From Mobula birostris (lineage: Eukaryota), in the NCBI RefSeq assembly GCF_030028105.1, contig NC_092398.1, positions 23,389,649-23,453,648 on the forward strand: DNA of 64,000 nucleotides, written 5' to 3'. The position numbers were made by a program, and so were the translations under genes. This document shows, in pieces, positions 32,791-49,221 of this stretch. The first letter of the stretch is position 1; each line of letters starts with the position of its first letter. The notes under the pieces are model-generated. The model did no database searches. It saw only the letters and a program-made list of their open reading frames with translations, and was not told the DNA's origin.

Positions 32791-34650
32791 TAATTTTGTA
32801 TACCACTATCATATCTCCCTTCATTCTCCTACACTCCAGGGAATAAAGTACTAACCTATTCAATCTCTCCCTATAACTCCAGTCCTCAAGTCCAGGTAAC
32901 ATCCTTTAAATCTATTTCAATCTTTTTGATATCTTTCCTGTGGGTAGGTGACCAAAACTGCACAAAATATTCCAAATTGAGACTTACTGAGATCTTTCTA
33001 CAACTCTAACAAACGTCCCAACTCTTGTACACCCTTGTGAGGTACTGTACGTGGCGTCTCACGATTTTGCTTTTAACCGATAAAAGATCCCCAAAATCTT
33101 GAAAAGCTTCCTGGGAAAAATATAATTTGAGTTTCTTTTCCACACTTAAATTCCTGAAATGTCATTTGTACGGGAGCTCCGGAGAACAGAGCTCAGGCAC
33201 CGACCTCCGGCGCTCTGTGTATGTGTGTGTGTGTCTATGTGTGTGCGCGCATATTCTCTCTGTGGCCCCATAGATACCCCACCCCTCGCTACTCCGGTTT
33301 CCGTCCACATTCCATCGCCTGCAGAGCCGATGCGTCCTGCTTTGGTGAAGACGGCTCTCGCTGTGATCCCGTGGGTACCTCCCCGCCTACCCCCACTACT
33401 CCGATTTCCTCCCACATGTTGACGTCCTGCGGGGCCGGTGCGTTGTGTTTTAGCGGAGACGCAGTCAGAGGGACTAGGAGTCCTTGTACGAGAATCTCTG
33501 GCGGGGCAAGCAACAGCAAGCCATTCGGTATCCTGCTCTTTCGGACATCACACGACCCAGGATCAGGACTACGGGCTTCTGGGGCCAAAGTCTGGCAAAT
33601 GGGACCGGCTCGGATGGTGTAGCTTGGTTGGCACGGACCAGCTGAGCCGAAGGGCCTGTTGCTGTAACATAGCGTCATTCGGAATGGGTACCGTTCTCTG
33701 GACCCAAGTGTATGGGCCAACCCAAAGTAACCTATTCTGTCTGCACAGGATTCATATCCCTCTATATACACAAGAAATTCTACAGATGTTGGAAATCCGA
33801 GCAACACAAATAAAATCTGTCGAATTATTTGCCACAGGCAGCTGTCGCGGCCAAGTCTTAATGTATATTTAAGGCAGGGATTGATATATTATTGATTAGT
33901 CAGGTCATGAAGGGATACTGGGAGAAGGCAGGAGATTGAATTGAGTGGGAAAGTGAATGAGCGGAGCAGACTAGGTGGCCTAATTCTTCTCCAATATCTT
34001 ATAGACTTAAAATGCTGAAGGAACTCAGCAGGTCAGGCAAAATATGGATAGGACTAAACAGTTGGCGTTTCAGACTCTTGATTCCGATTAATGGTCTCGA
34101 CCTGAGACCTGGACTATTCATTGCTCCGCATAAATGCTGCCCGATCTGCCGAGCTCCTCCAGAATTTTCTTTGTGTTCCCACAGTAGCGTAGCGGTTAGC
34201 GTGACGGTGTTACACCACGGGGCGTCGGTCAATTCCGACGCCCTCTGCGAGAATGTCTGGACGTCCTTCCCATGAGCGTGTGTTCCCGGGTGCTCTGGTT
34301 TCTCTCACTGTCCAATGACGTATCGGTTGCTAGGTTAATTGCTTATTGTCCTATGATTGGGCTAGTGTTAAATAGGTGATGAGTGGTGAGCTGCAGATAC
34401 AGTACGTCTCTACCAAAGGTGTAAGGCGCTCCTTCCACCCGCTAGCCTGAAGGTCGCTCTTGGGCAAGCTGTAGAACTGGCTGAGCAAAACCCCCTCCCC
34501 CCGATCAGAGACATGTGAAGCCATCGGAGCAGGTGGCGGATGGTCGTATGAGTAGCTGGTGCATATCACAAGTCCTGGTGATGCGACAACTAACTCCAGG
34601 CAGACCGTCTCAGAAGAGCGTTGATAATGGCTGAGATCTACTACTAGTAA

Positions 34651-34953
34651 GGCATCCGTTAGTCTTGCGAGACCATGGATATGCGCCTGGAAAGTCTTCA
34701 CTCTCCAGGGCGCAGGCCTGGGCAAGGTTGTATGGAAGACCAGCAGTTGCCCATGCTGCAAGTCTCCCCTCTCCACGACACCGATGTTGTCCAAGGGAAG
34801 GGCATTAGGACCCATAGAGCTTGGCACCAGTGTCGTCGCCGAGCAATGTGTGACTAAGTGCCTTGCTCAAGGACACAACACGTTTCCTCAGCTGGGGCTC
34901 GAACTTAACGACCTTCAGGTCGCTAGTCCAATGTCTTAACCACTTGGCCACGT
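34651..34953 (-). mobile_element. tRNA-derived SINE, copy 3, inserted after the X/X' duplication
   Basis: Same family as 3376..3672; the corresponding site in the arm at about 45440 is empty. Confidence 0.8.
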
Positions 34954-35872
34954 GGGGATCACCCGCCTTGTAAAGACGCTCCCCAGAAGAAAGCAATAGC
35001 AAACCACTTTTGTAGCAAAAAAATGCCAAGAGAATGGCCATGGGAAGTCCATGACCGCCCATGTCATACGACACGGCACATGACAAACGGACGAACCAGT
35101 TCATTGTGCTGGGAGTGTGTCTTCGGTACTGTGTGGATACATAGACAGACAGAGAGACAGACAGGTGGACAGATAGACAGATATACAGACAGATAAATAG
35201 ATAAACAGACATACAGACAGTCAAGTAACGTCAAGTCAAGTTTATTGTTATTTAACTAAATACTATATGTATACCGTCAAATGAGACACAGTTTCTCCGA
35301 ACCAGGGTATAAAGCACAGTAGCACACATGACACATATAACACACAATAACTTAGGAAAGTAAGAATTAAATCTATATATAAATTAAGCATAGAAAAAGT
35401 GTATAAATTAAAGATTGTCCGTACAGTACAAATTATCCGGTGACACTTCAAATGCAATGCGGCAGGAAGCTCAAAAGCCCAATGGCGATTGAAGAAACTT
35501 GTTTCCCATCCTGGCCGTTCTTGTTTTGATGCTTCCGTGTCTCCTGCCTGATGGTAGAAATTCAAAGAGGAGGCTGGAAGGACGGGTGGGATCACTGAAT
35601 TTACTAAGGGCCCTGCATACGCGGCGCTCCTGATCAATGTCCCTGACGGATGGTAGGGAGACCCCTACGATCCTCTCAGCCGTTCTCGCAGTCCCTCAGT
35701 GGGGACATCCGGTCTTATGCTCAGCTATTCCCATGCTAGATGGAGATGGAGCTTGTCAGGACGCTCTCAATGGTGCGCCTGCAAAATTTAGTTAAGATGG
35801 GGATGGGGGTGGGAGCTTCGATTTCCTCAGTCTACTTGGGAAGTGGAGGCGCTGCTGTGCGGACCAGGTGGG

Positions 35873-35921
<49 letters not shown>

Positions 35922-38900
35922 TAGACAGACATATAGACAGACAGATAGATAGATAGATATCCTCCAATACCTGCCTGTTCTTCCGCCAGTCTGAATGCGT
36001 CGTAGAGGCTTTTTATTAAAAATATCGCATCTGCTTCCACCATTTGTATGTTGTCTTTTGCTTCCTTGTTTGTTTGTTTGTTTATCTATGTAGTTATACT
36101 CCCAGCAACCTCCGGCAAACCCTGTGCTCGGTGAAAATCTCTCTCTCTCCCCGCACTCTCACCCTCTCTCTCTCCTTCTCCCCTCTCCCTCTCCCCTCCA
36201 TCCTCCGCCTCTCTCCCTCTTCCCCTCTCTTCCTCCTCCCTTCTCCCCCTCTCCCTCTCTGTATTTAAAAGTACTATTTACAGCAGATTTAAAGGAAACC
36301 GTTGCACCATCAAATTTTGTGAAATATCTGCAATATCAATCACTTTGTCAATATAACTTCTACATCTGCCTTAAAGCCTACTCTCAATTCCCTGCAATCA
36401 CGTAGCAAGGCTGAATATCAGACGTTCTTTGACCAGGCTTCCCTGAAGAGTTCTAGTATGTGAAATTAATCAATACCATCTGTCCAGATAAAGACTGCCC
36501 TTGCTCTGCGCTGCCACAGTTATGATATTTCAGTAAGAATGTATTGGGCTGCTTAATCACAGAGAATGAGTTCGTTATTAACGGCGTCATTGATAAGGAC
36601 ACCCATGAGTAACGGGGACAAATTTCACGATACACAACTGCGATGCAACCGTGGCGACTGGCTGGTAAATCCAGTTGGAAGTTAAATTTCGATGGAGACT
36701 ATAAATCTCTCTCTCTCTCTGCGGCAGCAGTACAATGCAACAGATGGTAAACATCAGAGAAACGGTGAATTAAAGGGGAGGGAGGAGGAGGAGAGAGACA
36801 GAGAGAGCGAGGGAGGGAGACGATGGGAGAGGGAGGGAGGGTGGGAGAAGGAGGGTAAGGGAGAGTAGAAGAGAGAGGGAGGGAGAGAGAGCGGGAGGGT
36901 GGGAGAGAGGGGGAAAGAGGGATGGTGTTGGAGAGGGTGGGAGAGGATGGAAGAGGGAGAAATTCTTGCCGATCTCGGGAGAAAAAGCGTCGCGACTGAC
37001 TTTTAACACAGTAAATCAGCGAGCTGGTTTGTTATGTCTCCCCTCTCGCTGTGAAAGGGAGACGCTTCTTTCCCCCTTCATTCTGGAGGGAGAGAGCGCC
37101 TGTGGCACGTCGAATTGTCGGGTGAACGATTAGTTTTTGTTATTCTGCAGATCATGACCTTTATTGGGGGCTTTGCATCCTTGGTGGGTGCAGGGTACTG
37201 AAGTTTTTATTTTGCGGAAGAGCGTGGGTGTGGGTGAGGGTCGTTGCTTTACTGCTGCTGGTGCATGGAAGGGGGTAGTGAGAGGTTTTAGGATTTTAAC
37301 GCTTTTACTGTCACTGATTCTTTGGGGTGCTCTTCTGTTTTCATGGGTGTCTGTGAAGAACAAGAAGTTCAGGATGGACATTCCCTGCGTTTCTCTGACA
37401 TTAAATGGAACTATTGAACTATTGTACCGCGCGAGGAGGCCCTTCCGGCCACGCCGTCCCCGCAATCCCCGATAAACCTTATTAACCCTGACCTAATCAT
37501 GGGACAATTTGCAATGACCAATTAACCTACTATCCGGTAGGTCTTTGAACTCTCAGAGAAAACCGGAAAACCTGGAGGAAATCATGGGGAGGACGTACAG
37601 AGGCTTCTGACGGAACGGACCAGAATTGAATTCCGAACTCTGGAGCGCCCCAAGCTGTAACAGCGTCGCGCTAAAGGCTACGGCTACCGTGGCGTTGTGT
37701 TCTCTGTGGGCTCCTCTCAGCATATCCTTGGGGATTTATTTATCTTCCTGTTTATTGATTGATTGAACAGACTCATCCGGCCCAATGGACCGCACTGCCC
37801 AGCAACCCACCTGTTTCACGCTAGCCTAATCACCGGGCAGTTTACAGTGGCCAATACGTCTACTAACCGATACGTCTTTGGACTGTGGTTGGGAACCGGA
37901 GCACCGGGAGGAAACCGACGCGGTCACAGGAAGAAAGTACAAACTTCTTACAGACGGCACGGGAATTGAACTCTGAATTCCGGAAAAGTACCACGCTGTA
38001 ACAGTGTCGCGGCAACGGCGACAGTAGCGTTAACGCAAATAGCAAATTTCGCAGCATGTTTTGATGTACCTTAGATAAATAAATTTCAATCGGTCAATTT
38101 AACCTCTCCTTCTCGCGTAGCCCTCCAGTTTTCTTTCATTCATCTCTCTGAGAGCTTCTTAAATGTCCCGAATGTATCTGCGGGTGGCGGGGTGGGGATA
38201 CGTCTCGACCAAAGCTCCTTTCCTCCGCTAGCCTGCAGGTCACCCTTGGATAAGGTGTAGCACCTGTCTATGCACCCCCTCACCCCGATCAGGGTCATGT
38301 GAAGCCATGGGAGCAGGTGGTGGATGGTCGCATGAGCAGCTGGTACGTATCACAAGTCCAGGTGATGCGACCATTGATGCCAGGCAGACAATCTCTGAAG
38401 AGAATTAGTGATGGCCTGGGTCACACGTCCTGTCAAGACACTGCCCATGAGGCAATGTCAGCCCACTTCCGTGGGGGAAAAAACTTGCCAAGAGCAATCA
38501 TGGTCACGGATTGAGAAAAGAATAAGAACAGCGTGAAGTGGTCAGATGGAAGACCATGATCGACCACGTCATATGATGCGGCACGTAATGATGATGATTA
38601 TGAATGTATCTGCCTCTACCACTACCCCTGGAAGCGTGTTCCACGACAATCAAAGACACTTAACATGAATTAGCTTCAGAAATGTTCTTGTGAATGCTGC
38701 TTACGGAATGACAGTTGTCTGTGATGCTGCTGCAAGCGGGCACATACACGTACTTGCGCCCATGAGAATAAACGTGAATATGAATAATCTCCCTTCCCCC
38801 TGCCCCCCACAGCAGTTTATAAGACCATAAAGTATAATAGAATGAGGCCATTTGGTCCATCGAGTCTCCTCCGCCATTTCACCATAGCTGATCAATTTCC

Positions 38901-39491
38901 TGTCAGCCCCAATTGCCCTGCCTTCTCCTCGTTTACCTTCAAAGCCCTGACTAATCAAGAATCTATCAACCTCTGCCTGAAAAATACCCAATTACTTGGC
39001 TTCCACAGCCGCCTGTAGCATGGAATTCCACAGATTCACCACTCTAGCTAAAAGAAATTCCTCCTCATCTCCGTTCTAAATGGTCATCCTAATCTGAGGC
39101 TGCGTCTTCTGCCCACACCACAGGAAACATCCCCTCCACATCGGCGCTATCGAGGTCTTTCAAAGCGCGAAAAGTTTCAATGAGATCCCTCCGCGTATTT
39201 CTGAATTCCAGTGAGTACAGACCCAGAGCCATCAAACGCTGCTCACATGACAAGACTTTCCTTCCCGGAATCATTTTTGTGAAACTCCTTTGAACCCTCC
39301 ACAATGCCAGCACATCATTTCTTAGGTAAGGGACCCAAAACTGCTCACAGTACTCTAAGAGAAGACCCGCAAAGCAGTTGTTTTTATTGAAATAAACGCA
39401 ATGCAGAACTAAACTTAAAATAGATTTTATTAGACAATTCAGATAACAGTATAAAGAAAAATAAACTAATTTTTACAGACATAAAATAAAA

Positions 39492-42499
<3,008 letters not shown>

Positions 42500-42574
42500 G
42501 ATCTCTATCTTTCTATCTCTCTCTCTGTTCTCGCAGCTTCAGCGATTTGTCGCAGCGCATCTCGAACGCACCTA

Positions 42575-42690
42575 TTTATACCCCACCCGGTGGAACGTTC
42601 TCTTCAGCCGGGCCGCGCTCTGATTGGCGCAAACGGGGTCAGCTGTTCAGATTGGAACTGGGAGACAAAGGCTGCGAGAACGCCGATTGG
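42575..42690 (-). promoter_or_regulatory. Promoter of tubulin D
   Basis: TATAAA at 42580..42575; three CCAAT boxes at 42627, 42655 and 42690. Confidence 0.75.
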
Positions 42691-44400
42691 TTCTTGGCGC
42701 CAGTGAAGGAACAAAGGGGTTCTCGGCGAACCTGTTATTCAAAAGGCGCAGGGTGATAAAGGAAGCGTTTGGAATTCAGTCGTCTTTTCGGCGCAGGGAC
42801 AAACCACCCAAAACCCCAGAAATTCATTCAAAACCAAGGAGATCACTTCCGCATACCTTATTCCAGGTGCTGCCCATCGGGGACCACCGAATAATCTCAA
42901 AGCATAGACATTACTCCTCTGACCAAGCTAGAACAGAGAAATTTACAGCACATTACAGACCCTTCGGCCCACAATGTTGTGCCGAACACGTAACCTACTC
43001 TAGAGACTGGCTAAGAATTTCCCTAGCGCATGACCCTATATTTTTCTAAGCTCCGTGTACCTGTCTAAGAGGTCCAAATAAATAGCGTGAAGTGTGAAAA
43101 ATACGAACCGATTCGCTTTGGGGGTCGAAGTTGAAGGCAGAATATAGAGTTAAAGACAGGCTTATAGCAGCGTGGCGGAACAAAGAGTCTTAGGACCCAC
43201 GTCCCTGGATCAGTCAAGTGAAAGGATGCTTAAGAAGGCCTGCGCCGTGTTAGCTTTCTTTCGTCGCCCTGCTGAGTTAAAGACCGTGAGGTAATATTGC
43301 AGCTCTATATATCTCTAGCTGGACTACATTAGTGTTCACTTCATTATAGGAGGGTGTAGAAGATTTATAGGGGTGCAGAGGAGATTTACCAGGATGCTGC
43401 TTGTCTTGCGAAGAGCGAAGTCGGACTTTTCACTTCGGAACGAAGAAGGAGAGAAGTGACTTGATGGAGATGTACGAGGTGATAAGAGGCAGAGATCCAG
43501 AAGACATACAAGAGAGTTTTTCCAGGCAACGGCTAATACGAGGAGGAGGGGCATAATTTTAGGGTGTTTGGGGGCAAGTGTTGGGCAGATGTCAGAGTTG
43601 TTACTCTTTTTTTACCAGAGAGTGGTGGGTGCGTGAAACGCCCTGCCAGGCTAGTGATAAACACAGGTACACTAGGGGCATTTAAGAAACTCTCAGATAG
43701 GCCCTTGGATGATAGAAATTAGAGTGCTATGTGAGACGGAAAGGTAGGTTAAATTGATATTAGATCACCCTTACTGATGGATAGATCGCCCACGGCAGCC
43801 CACCAGAGTTCCCTGTCCTGGCCTTGCCTTTCAAATTGTGCCCAGATGTAGCCTACCTTCTTGATGTCAGATCTTTCCTCTTCCAGAGACGAGTTCTTCG
43901 GAGTTTCCACTGGCATTTCTGTAGCTCTGGACATTTACGGGACGGGGTTGCTAGCTCCATACCTAACTCTGCGCTTTGCGCAGCCGGCCTCGGGAACGCT
44001 CAAGGCGCAATTAGATTAATCTTAGAGTAGATTAAGATGTCGGCAAAACATCGTGGCCCGAAGGGCTGAATAAGTGTTCTAAATAAGTGGTCGTCAACTT
44101 GTAGAACTAGTGTGTGGGCTTTGGAGAGGTTGGGAAATTAATTTGCCAAGATGTGGTTTGGGTTTGAGGCTACGGGCTATGCGGAGAGGTCGGACGAACT
44201 TGGGTCTTTTCTTCGGGAGCGGCTAAGCCCGAGGGGAGACCTGATCGAGGTTTATAAAATTATGAGACCCATAGACAGGGCCAAGAAGATCTTCTGTTCC
44301 CGGGGTGAAAAGGATTGACGATGAGAATTTTAAACACATTTACAAGGCAGTATTTTTCACAAGAGAGCGGTGGGTGCTGGAACTCACGGCCAGGGGAGGT

Positions 44401-47400
44401 GGTGGAAGCAGATGCGATATTTTTAATAAAAAGCCTCTACGACGCATTCAGACTGGCGGAAGAACAGGCAGGTATTGGAGGATATCTATCTATCTATCTG
44501 TCTGTCTATATGTCTGACTAGCTGTCTCTCTGTCTGTCTATCTCACCTGGTCCGCACAGCAGTGCTCCACTTCCCAAGAAGACTGAGGAAATCGAAGCTC
44601 CCACCCCCATCCCCATCTTAACTGAATTTTGCAGGCGCACCATTGAGAGCGTCCTGACAAGCTCCATCTCCATCTAGCATGGGAATAGCTGAGCATAAGA
44701 CCGGATGTCCCTACTGAGGGACTGCGAGAACGGCTGAGAGGATCATAGGGGACTCCCTACCATCCGTCAGGGACATTGATCAGGAGCGCTGCGTACGCAG
44801 GGCCCTTGGTAAATTCAACTATCCCACCCATCCATCCAGCCTCCTCTTTGACTTTCTACCATCAGTCAGGAGACTCCGAAGCATCAAAACAAGAACGCCC
44901 AAGTTTCTTCAATCGCCATTGGGCTTTTGAGCTTCCTGCCGCATTGCATTTGAAGTGTCAGCGGATAATTTGTACTGTACCCGACAATATTTAATTTATG
45001 CACTCTACGTTGTTTATCTATGCTTAATTTATATATAGATTTAACTCTTACTTTTCTAAATTATTGTGTGTTATATGTATCATGTGTACTACTGTGCGTT
45101 CTACCCTGGTTCGCAGAAACTGTGCCTCATGTGACGGTATACATATAGTATTTAGTTGAATAACAATAAACTTGTCTTGACGTTACTTGACTGTCTGTAT
45201 GTCTGTCTATCTATTTATCTGTCTATCTGTCCACCTGACTGCCTCTCTGTCTGTCTTTGTATCCACACAGTACCGAACACACACTCCCGGCACAATGAAC
45301 CGTTTCGTCCGTTTGTCATGTGCCGTGTCGTATGACATGGGCGATCATGGACTTTCCATGGCAATTTTCTTGGCAATTTTTTTCTACAGAAGTGGTTTGC
45401 TATTGCGTTCTTCAGGGGAGTGTCTTTACAAGACAGGTAATCCTAGCCATTATCAACGCTCTTTTGAGATGGTCTGCCTGGAGTTATTGGTCGCATCACC
45501 AGGACTTGTGATATGCACCAGTTACTCATACGACCATCCCCCACCTTCTCCCATGGCTTCACATGACTCTGATCGAGTGGGGGGGGGGGGGGAGGGGGTT
45601 TTGCTCAGCCAGTTCTACAGCTTGCCCAAGAGTGACCTTCAGGCTAGCGGATTGAAGGAGCGCCTTACACCTTTGGTAGAGACGTACTGTATCTGCAGCT
45701 CACCACTCACCACCTATTTAACACTAGCCCAATCATAGGACAATAAGCAATTAATCTAGTAACTGATACGTCACTGGACAGTGAGAGAAACCAGATCACC
45801 CGGGAACACACGCTCATGGCAAAGACGTACAGACTTTCTTGTAGAGGGCGTCGGATCTGACCGACGCCCCGTGGTGTAACACCGTCACGCTAACCGCTAC
45901 GCTACTGTGGTAACACAAAGAAAATTATGGAGGCGCTCGGCAGATCGGGCAGCATTTATGCGGAGCAATGAACAGTCCAGGTCTCAGACCGACACCGTTA
46001 ATCGGAGTCATGAGTCCGAAACGTCAACTGTTTAGTCCTATCCATATTTTGCCTGACCTGCTGAGTTCCTTCAGCATTTTGAGACTATAAGATATTGGAG
46101 CAGAATTAGGCCACCTAGTCTGCTCCGTTCGTTCACTTTCCCACTCAGTTCAATCTCCTGCCTTCTCCCCGTATCCCTTCATGCCATGACAAATCAATAA
46201 TATATCAACCCCTGCCTTAAATATACATTAAGACTTGGCCGCGACAGATGCCTGTGGCAAATAATTCGACAGATTTTATCTGTGTTGCTCGGATTTCCAG
46301 CATCTGTAGAATTTCCTGTGTATATAGAGGGATATGAATCCTGTGCAGACAGAATAGATTAATTTGGGTTGGCGCATACACTTGGGTCCAGAGAACTGTA
46401 TCCGTGCCGTATGACGCTGTTACAGAAACAGGCCCTTCGGCTCAGTTGGTCCGTGCCAACCAAGCTACACCATCCGAGCCAGTCCCATTTGCCAGGCTTT
46501 GGCCCCATAAGCCCGTAGTCCTGATCCTGGGTCGTGTGTTGTCCGAAAGGGCAGGATACCGAATGGCTTGCTGTTGCTTGCCCCGCCAGAGATTCTCGTA
46601 CGAGGACTCCTAGTCCCTCTGACTGCGTCTCCGCTGAAACTCAATGCACCGGCCCCGCAGGACGTTAGCATGTGGCAGGAAATCAGAGGAGTGGGGGTAG
46701 GCGGGGAGGTACCCACAGGATCACAGAGACAGCCGTCTCCACCAAAGCACAACGCACCGGCCCCGCAGGTCATTCAGATGTGGGAGGACACCGGAGTAGC
46801 GAGGGGTGGGGTATCTATAGGGCCACAGNNNNNNNNNNNNNNNNNNNNNNNNNNNNNNNNNNNNNNNNNNNNNNNNNNNNNNNNNNNNNNNNNNNNNNNN
46901 NNNNNNNNNNNNNNNNNNNNNNNNNNNNNNNNNNNNNNNNNNNNNNNNNNNNNNNNNGAGCTCTGTTCTCCAGAGCTCCCGTACAAATGACATTTCAGGA
47001 ATTTAAGTGTGGAAAAGAAACTCAAATTATGTTTTTTCCAGGTGGCTTTTCAAGATTTTGGGGATCATTTATCGGTTAAGAGCAAAATCGTGAGACGCCA
47101 CATACAGTACCTCAGAAGTGTGAGTTGGTACGTTTGTTAGAGTTGTAGAAAGACTTTAAGTAGTCTCAATTTGGAATATTTTGTGCAATGTTGGTCACCT
47201 ACCCACAGGAAAGATATCAATAAGATTGAAAGAGATTTAAAGGATGTTGCCTGGACTTGAGGACCTGAATTATAGGGAGAGACTGAATAGGTTAGAACTT
47301 TATTCCCGGGAGTGTGGGAGAATGAAGGGAGATTTGATAGTGGTATACAAAATTAGAGGGGTATAGATCGGGTAAATACAAACAGGCATTCTTCCCACTG

Positions 47401-48066
47401 AAGTTGGGTGAGACTAGAACTAGAGCTCATAGGTTTAAGGTGAAAGGTGAGTTATTTAAGGGGAACATGAGGGGGGCCTGTTCACTCAGAGGAAGGTGAG
47501 AGTGTGGAACGAGCTGCTAATGGAAGAGGTCGACACGGGTTCGATGTAAACATTCAATAATAGTTTGGCATGGACTAGACGGGCCGAAGGACCTGTCACT
47601 GTGCTATAGTGTTCTATGTCTCTATGGCCTGCTCTTTGCTAGAGGTGAACATTGCCGGCTGCCTTGCAGCCCCATGAACCGCTCCCTGTAAAGTCATCCC
47701 TCAGTGAGCCTCCGGAGACAGAACAAGGAAAGGGGGATGTTTTGGCGACTGATACCCCGTGGACAAAACGATTTGACGGGCTGTAGAAAACTCAAACAAT
47801 CATTCTGATGATTAGAGAGACACAGGTTTGAAGTAACCGCGGTCCGCATCAGCAGGGACTTGAGGTTAAAGAAATGTCACCTGTCTGAATTAGAATTTGG
47901 AATGACGGCACTAGATTTCATCGTCTGCAGTATCTTGTATCTCCATATGAAAGGAAGGACAAGAATTGGAATCTCAGCTGTAGAAATGGCAACGACGAAC
48001 GATATGCCTGCAGTGCTTCCAGACACCTCCTCCCCTGCCTCCGTTCTGTTCCCCAAACAGTCCTTT
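44401..48066. repeat. Inverted arm X' (copy of 31446..36041)
   Basis: Reverse complement of X, lacking the insertions at 32128-32790 and 34651-34953. Confidence 0.85.
46829..46957. other. Assembly gap (129 N)
   Basis: Run of n; the paralogous site (about 33194-33258) is a (TG)n tract. Confidence 1.
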
Positions 48067-49058
48067 CCTGCCTACCACCTTCCTGCTTCCCCTCCCACAA
48101 CCCTTTATCTTTACCCTTACTTGTTTTTCACCCGGAACCTACCAGCCTCCTCCTTCCCACCCTCTCTCACCATCTTTAGAGGGCCTCTGCCCCTTCCCTC
48201 TACAGTCCTGTCGAAGGGTTCCGGACCGAAACGTTGACTGATCGTTTCCACCCATGCTGCCCGACCTGCTGAGTTCCTCCAGCGTGTTGTGAGTGTTGCC
48301 TGGGCATATCTTGTCCGGTGGCATATATACTGCACTAATGCGTCCCTCCTGATTGGTTAGTCCTCATACATATGATATATGTAGTCTTTACAGGAGGATA
48401 GAACAATGACGCAGAATAGGCCCTTCGGCCCACAATGTCTCTGCTGAACACAACACCAAATTAAACTAATCCCACCTGTCTGCACAAGCTCCACAATCTT
48501 CCATTCTCTGCCGTCTGTGTCTGTCTGACTGCCTCTTAAAGACCAGTACCCTGGCAGCCTGTTCAAAGATTTGCTCTGTTAGTCACGAGTGCGTCGAAAC
48601 ATACAGTGAAATGCGTTGATTGTGTCAATTCAAATCAGTGAGGATTGTATGGGTGCCAACATAGCATGCCCACAACTCTCACCTTTGAGAGAAAAGAGCG
48701 AACAGACAAACTCCTTACAGGCAGCAATGGGGACTGACCCCGGGTCGCCTGCCCTGTAACAGCGTTAAGCTAACCACTATGCTACCGTGCCATCCGGGGT
48801 CAATTCTAGCTGCTGCTTGTAAGCAGTTTGTACGTTCTCCCCATGACCGCTGGGTGCTCCGGGTTCCTCCCGCATTCCAAAGATGTACGGGTTATTCGGT
48901 GATTTGGTCACATGGGTGTCTTTGGGCAGCACGGGCTCAGTGGGCCTGAAAAGCCCATTACCCGTTCTGTACCTCAAATGGAATTAGAAGGAAACCCCAC
49001 CTGGTGATCATCGGTGCAGCAACAGTGTTACATTAACCATATGCTGACATACTGCCCC
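48065..49058. repeat. Inverted arm Z (partner Z' 62565..63557); contains a Penelope tail and a V-SINE/HE1-like SINE
   Basis: Mirrored ORFs 48777/62648 and 48117/63286; V-domain motif gggtgctccgggttcctcccgcattccaaaga. Confidence 0.85.
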
Positions 49059-49221
49059 ACCTTCAAACTTTCACTCTAAACCTATGACCTCTAGTTCATC
49101 CCATATTCAGCTCACAATAAATATCCAGAACATGAGATGAAGAATCCTCGGAAGTGAGTCCATAGGTTGTGGGAACAGTTCAGTGACGTGGCAGTGAAGC
49201 TGAGTGAAGTTATCCCCTTAC

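Larger units (their letters stand above)
31446..36041. repeat. Inverted segmental duplication arm X (partner X' 44401..48066)
   Basis: 35970-36041 is the reverse complement of 44401-44470, and 31446-31700 of 47810-48066. The mirrored ORF pairs in the track agree. Confidence 0.85.

Noticed and set aside
45970-46035. Further hammerhead-like motif (gaaacgtcaactg; mirror at about 34055-34120)
   Set aside because: The CUGANGA core is not recognisable; too degraded to call.
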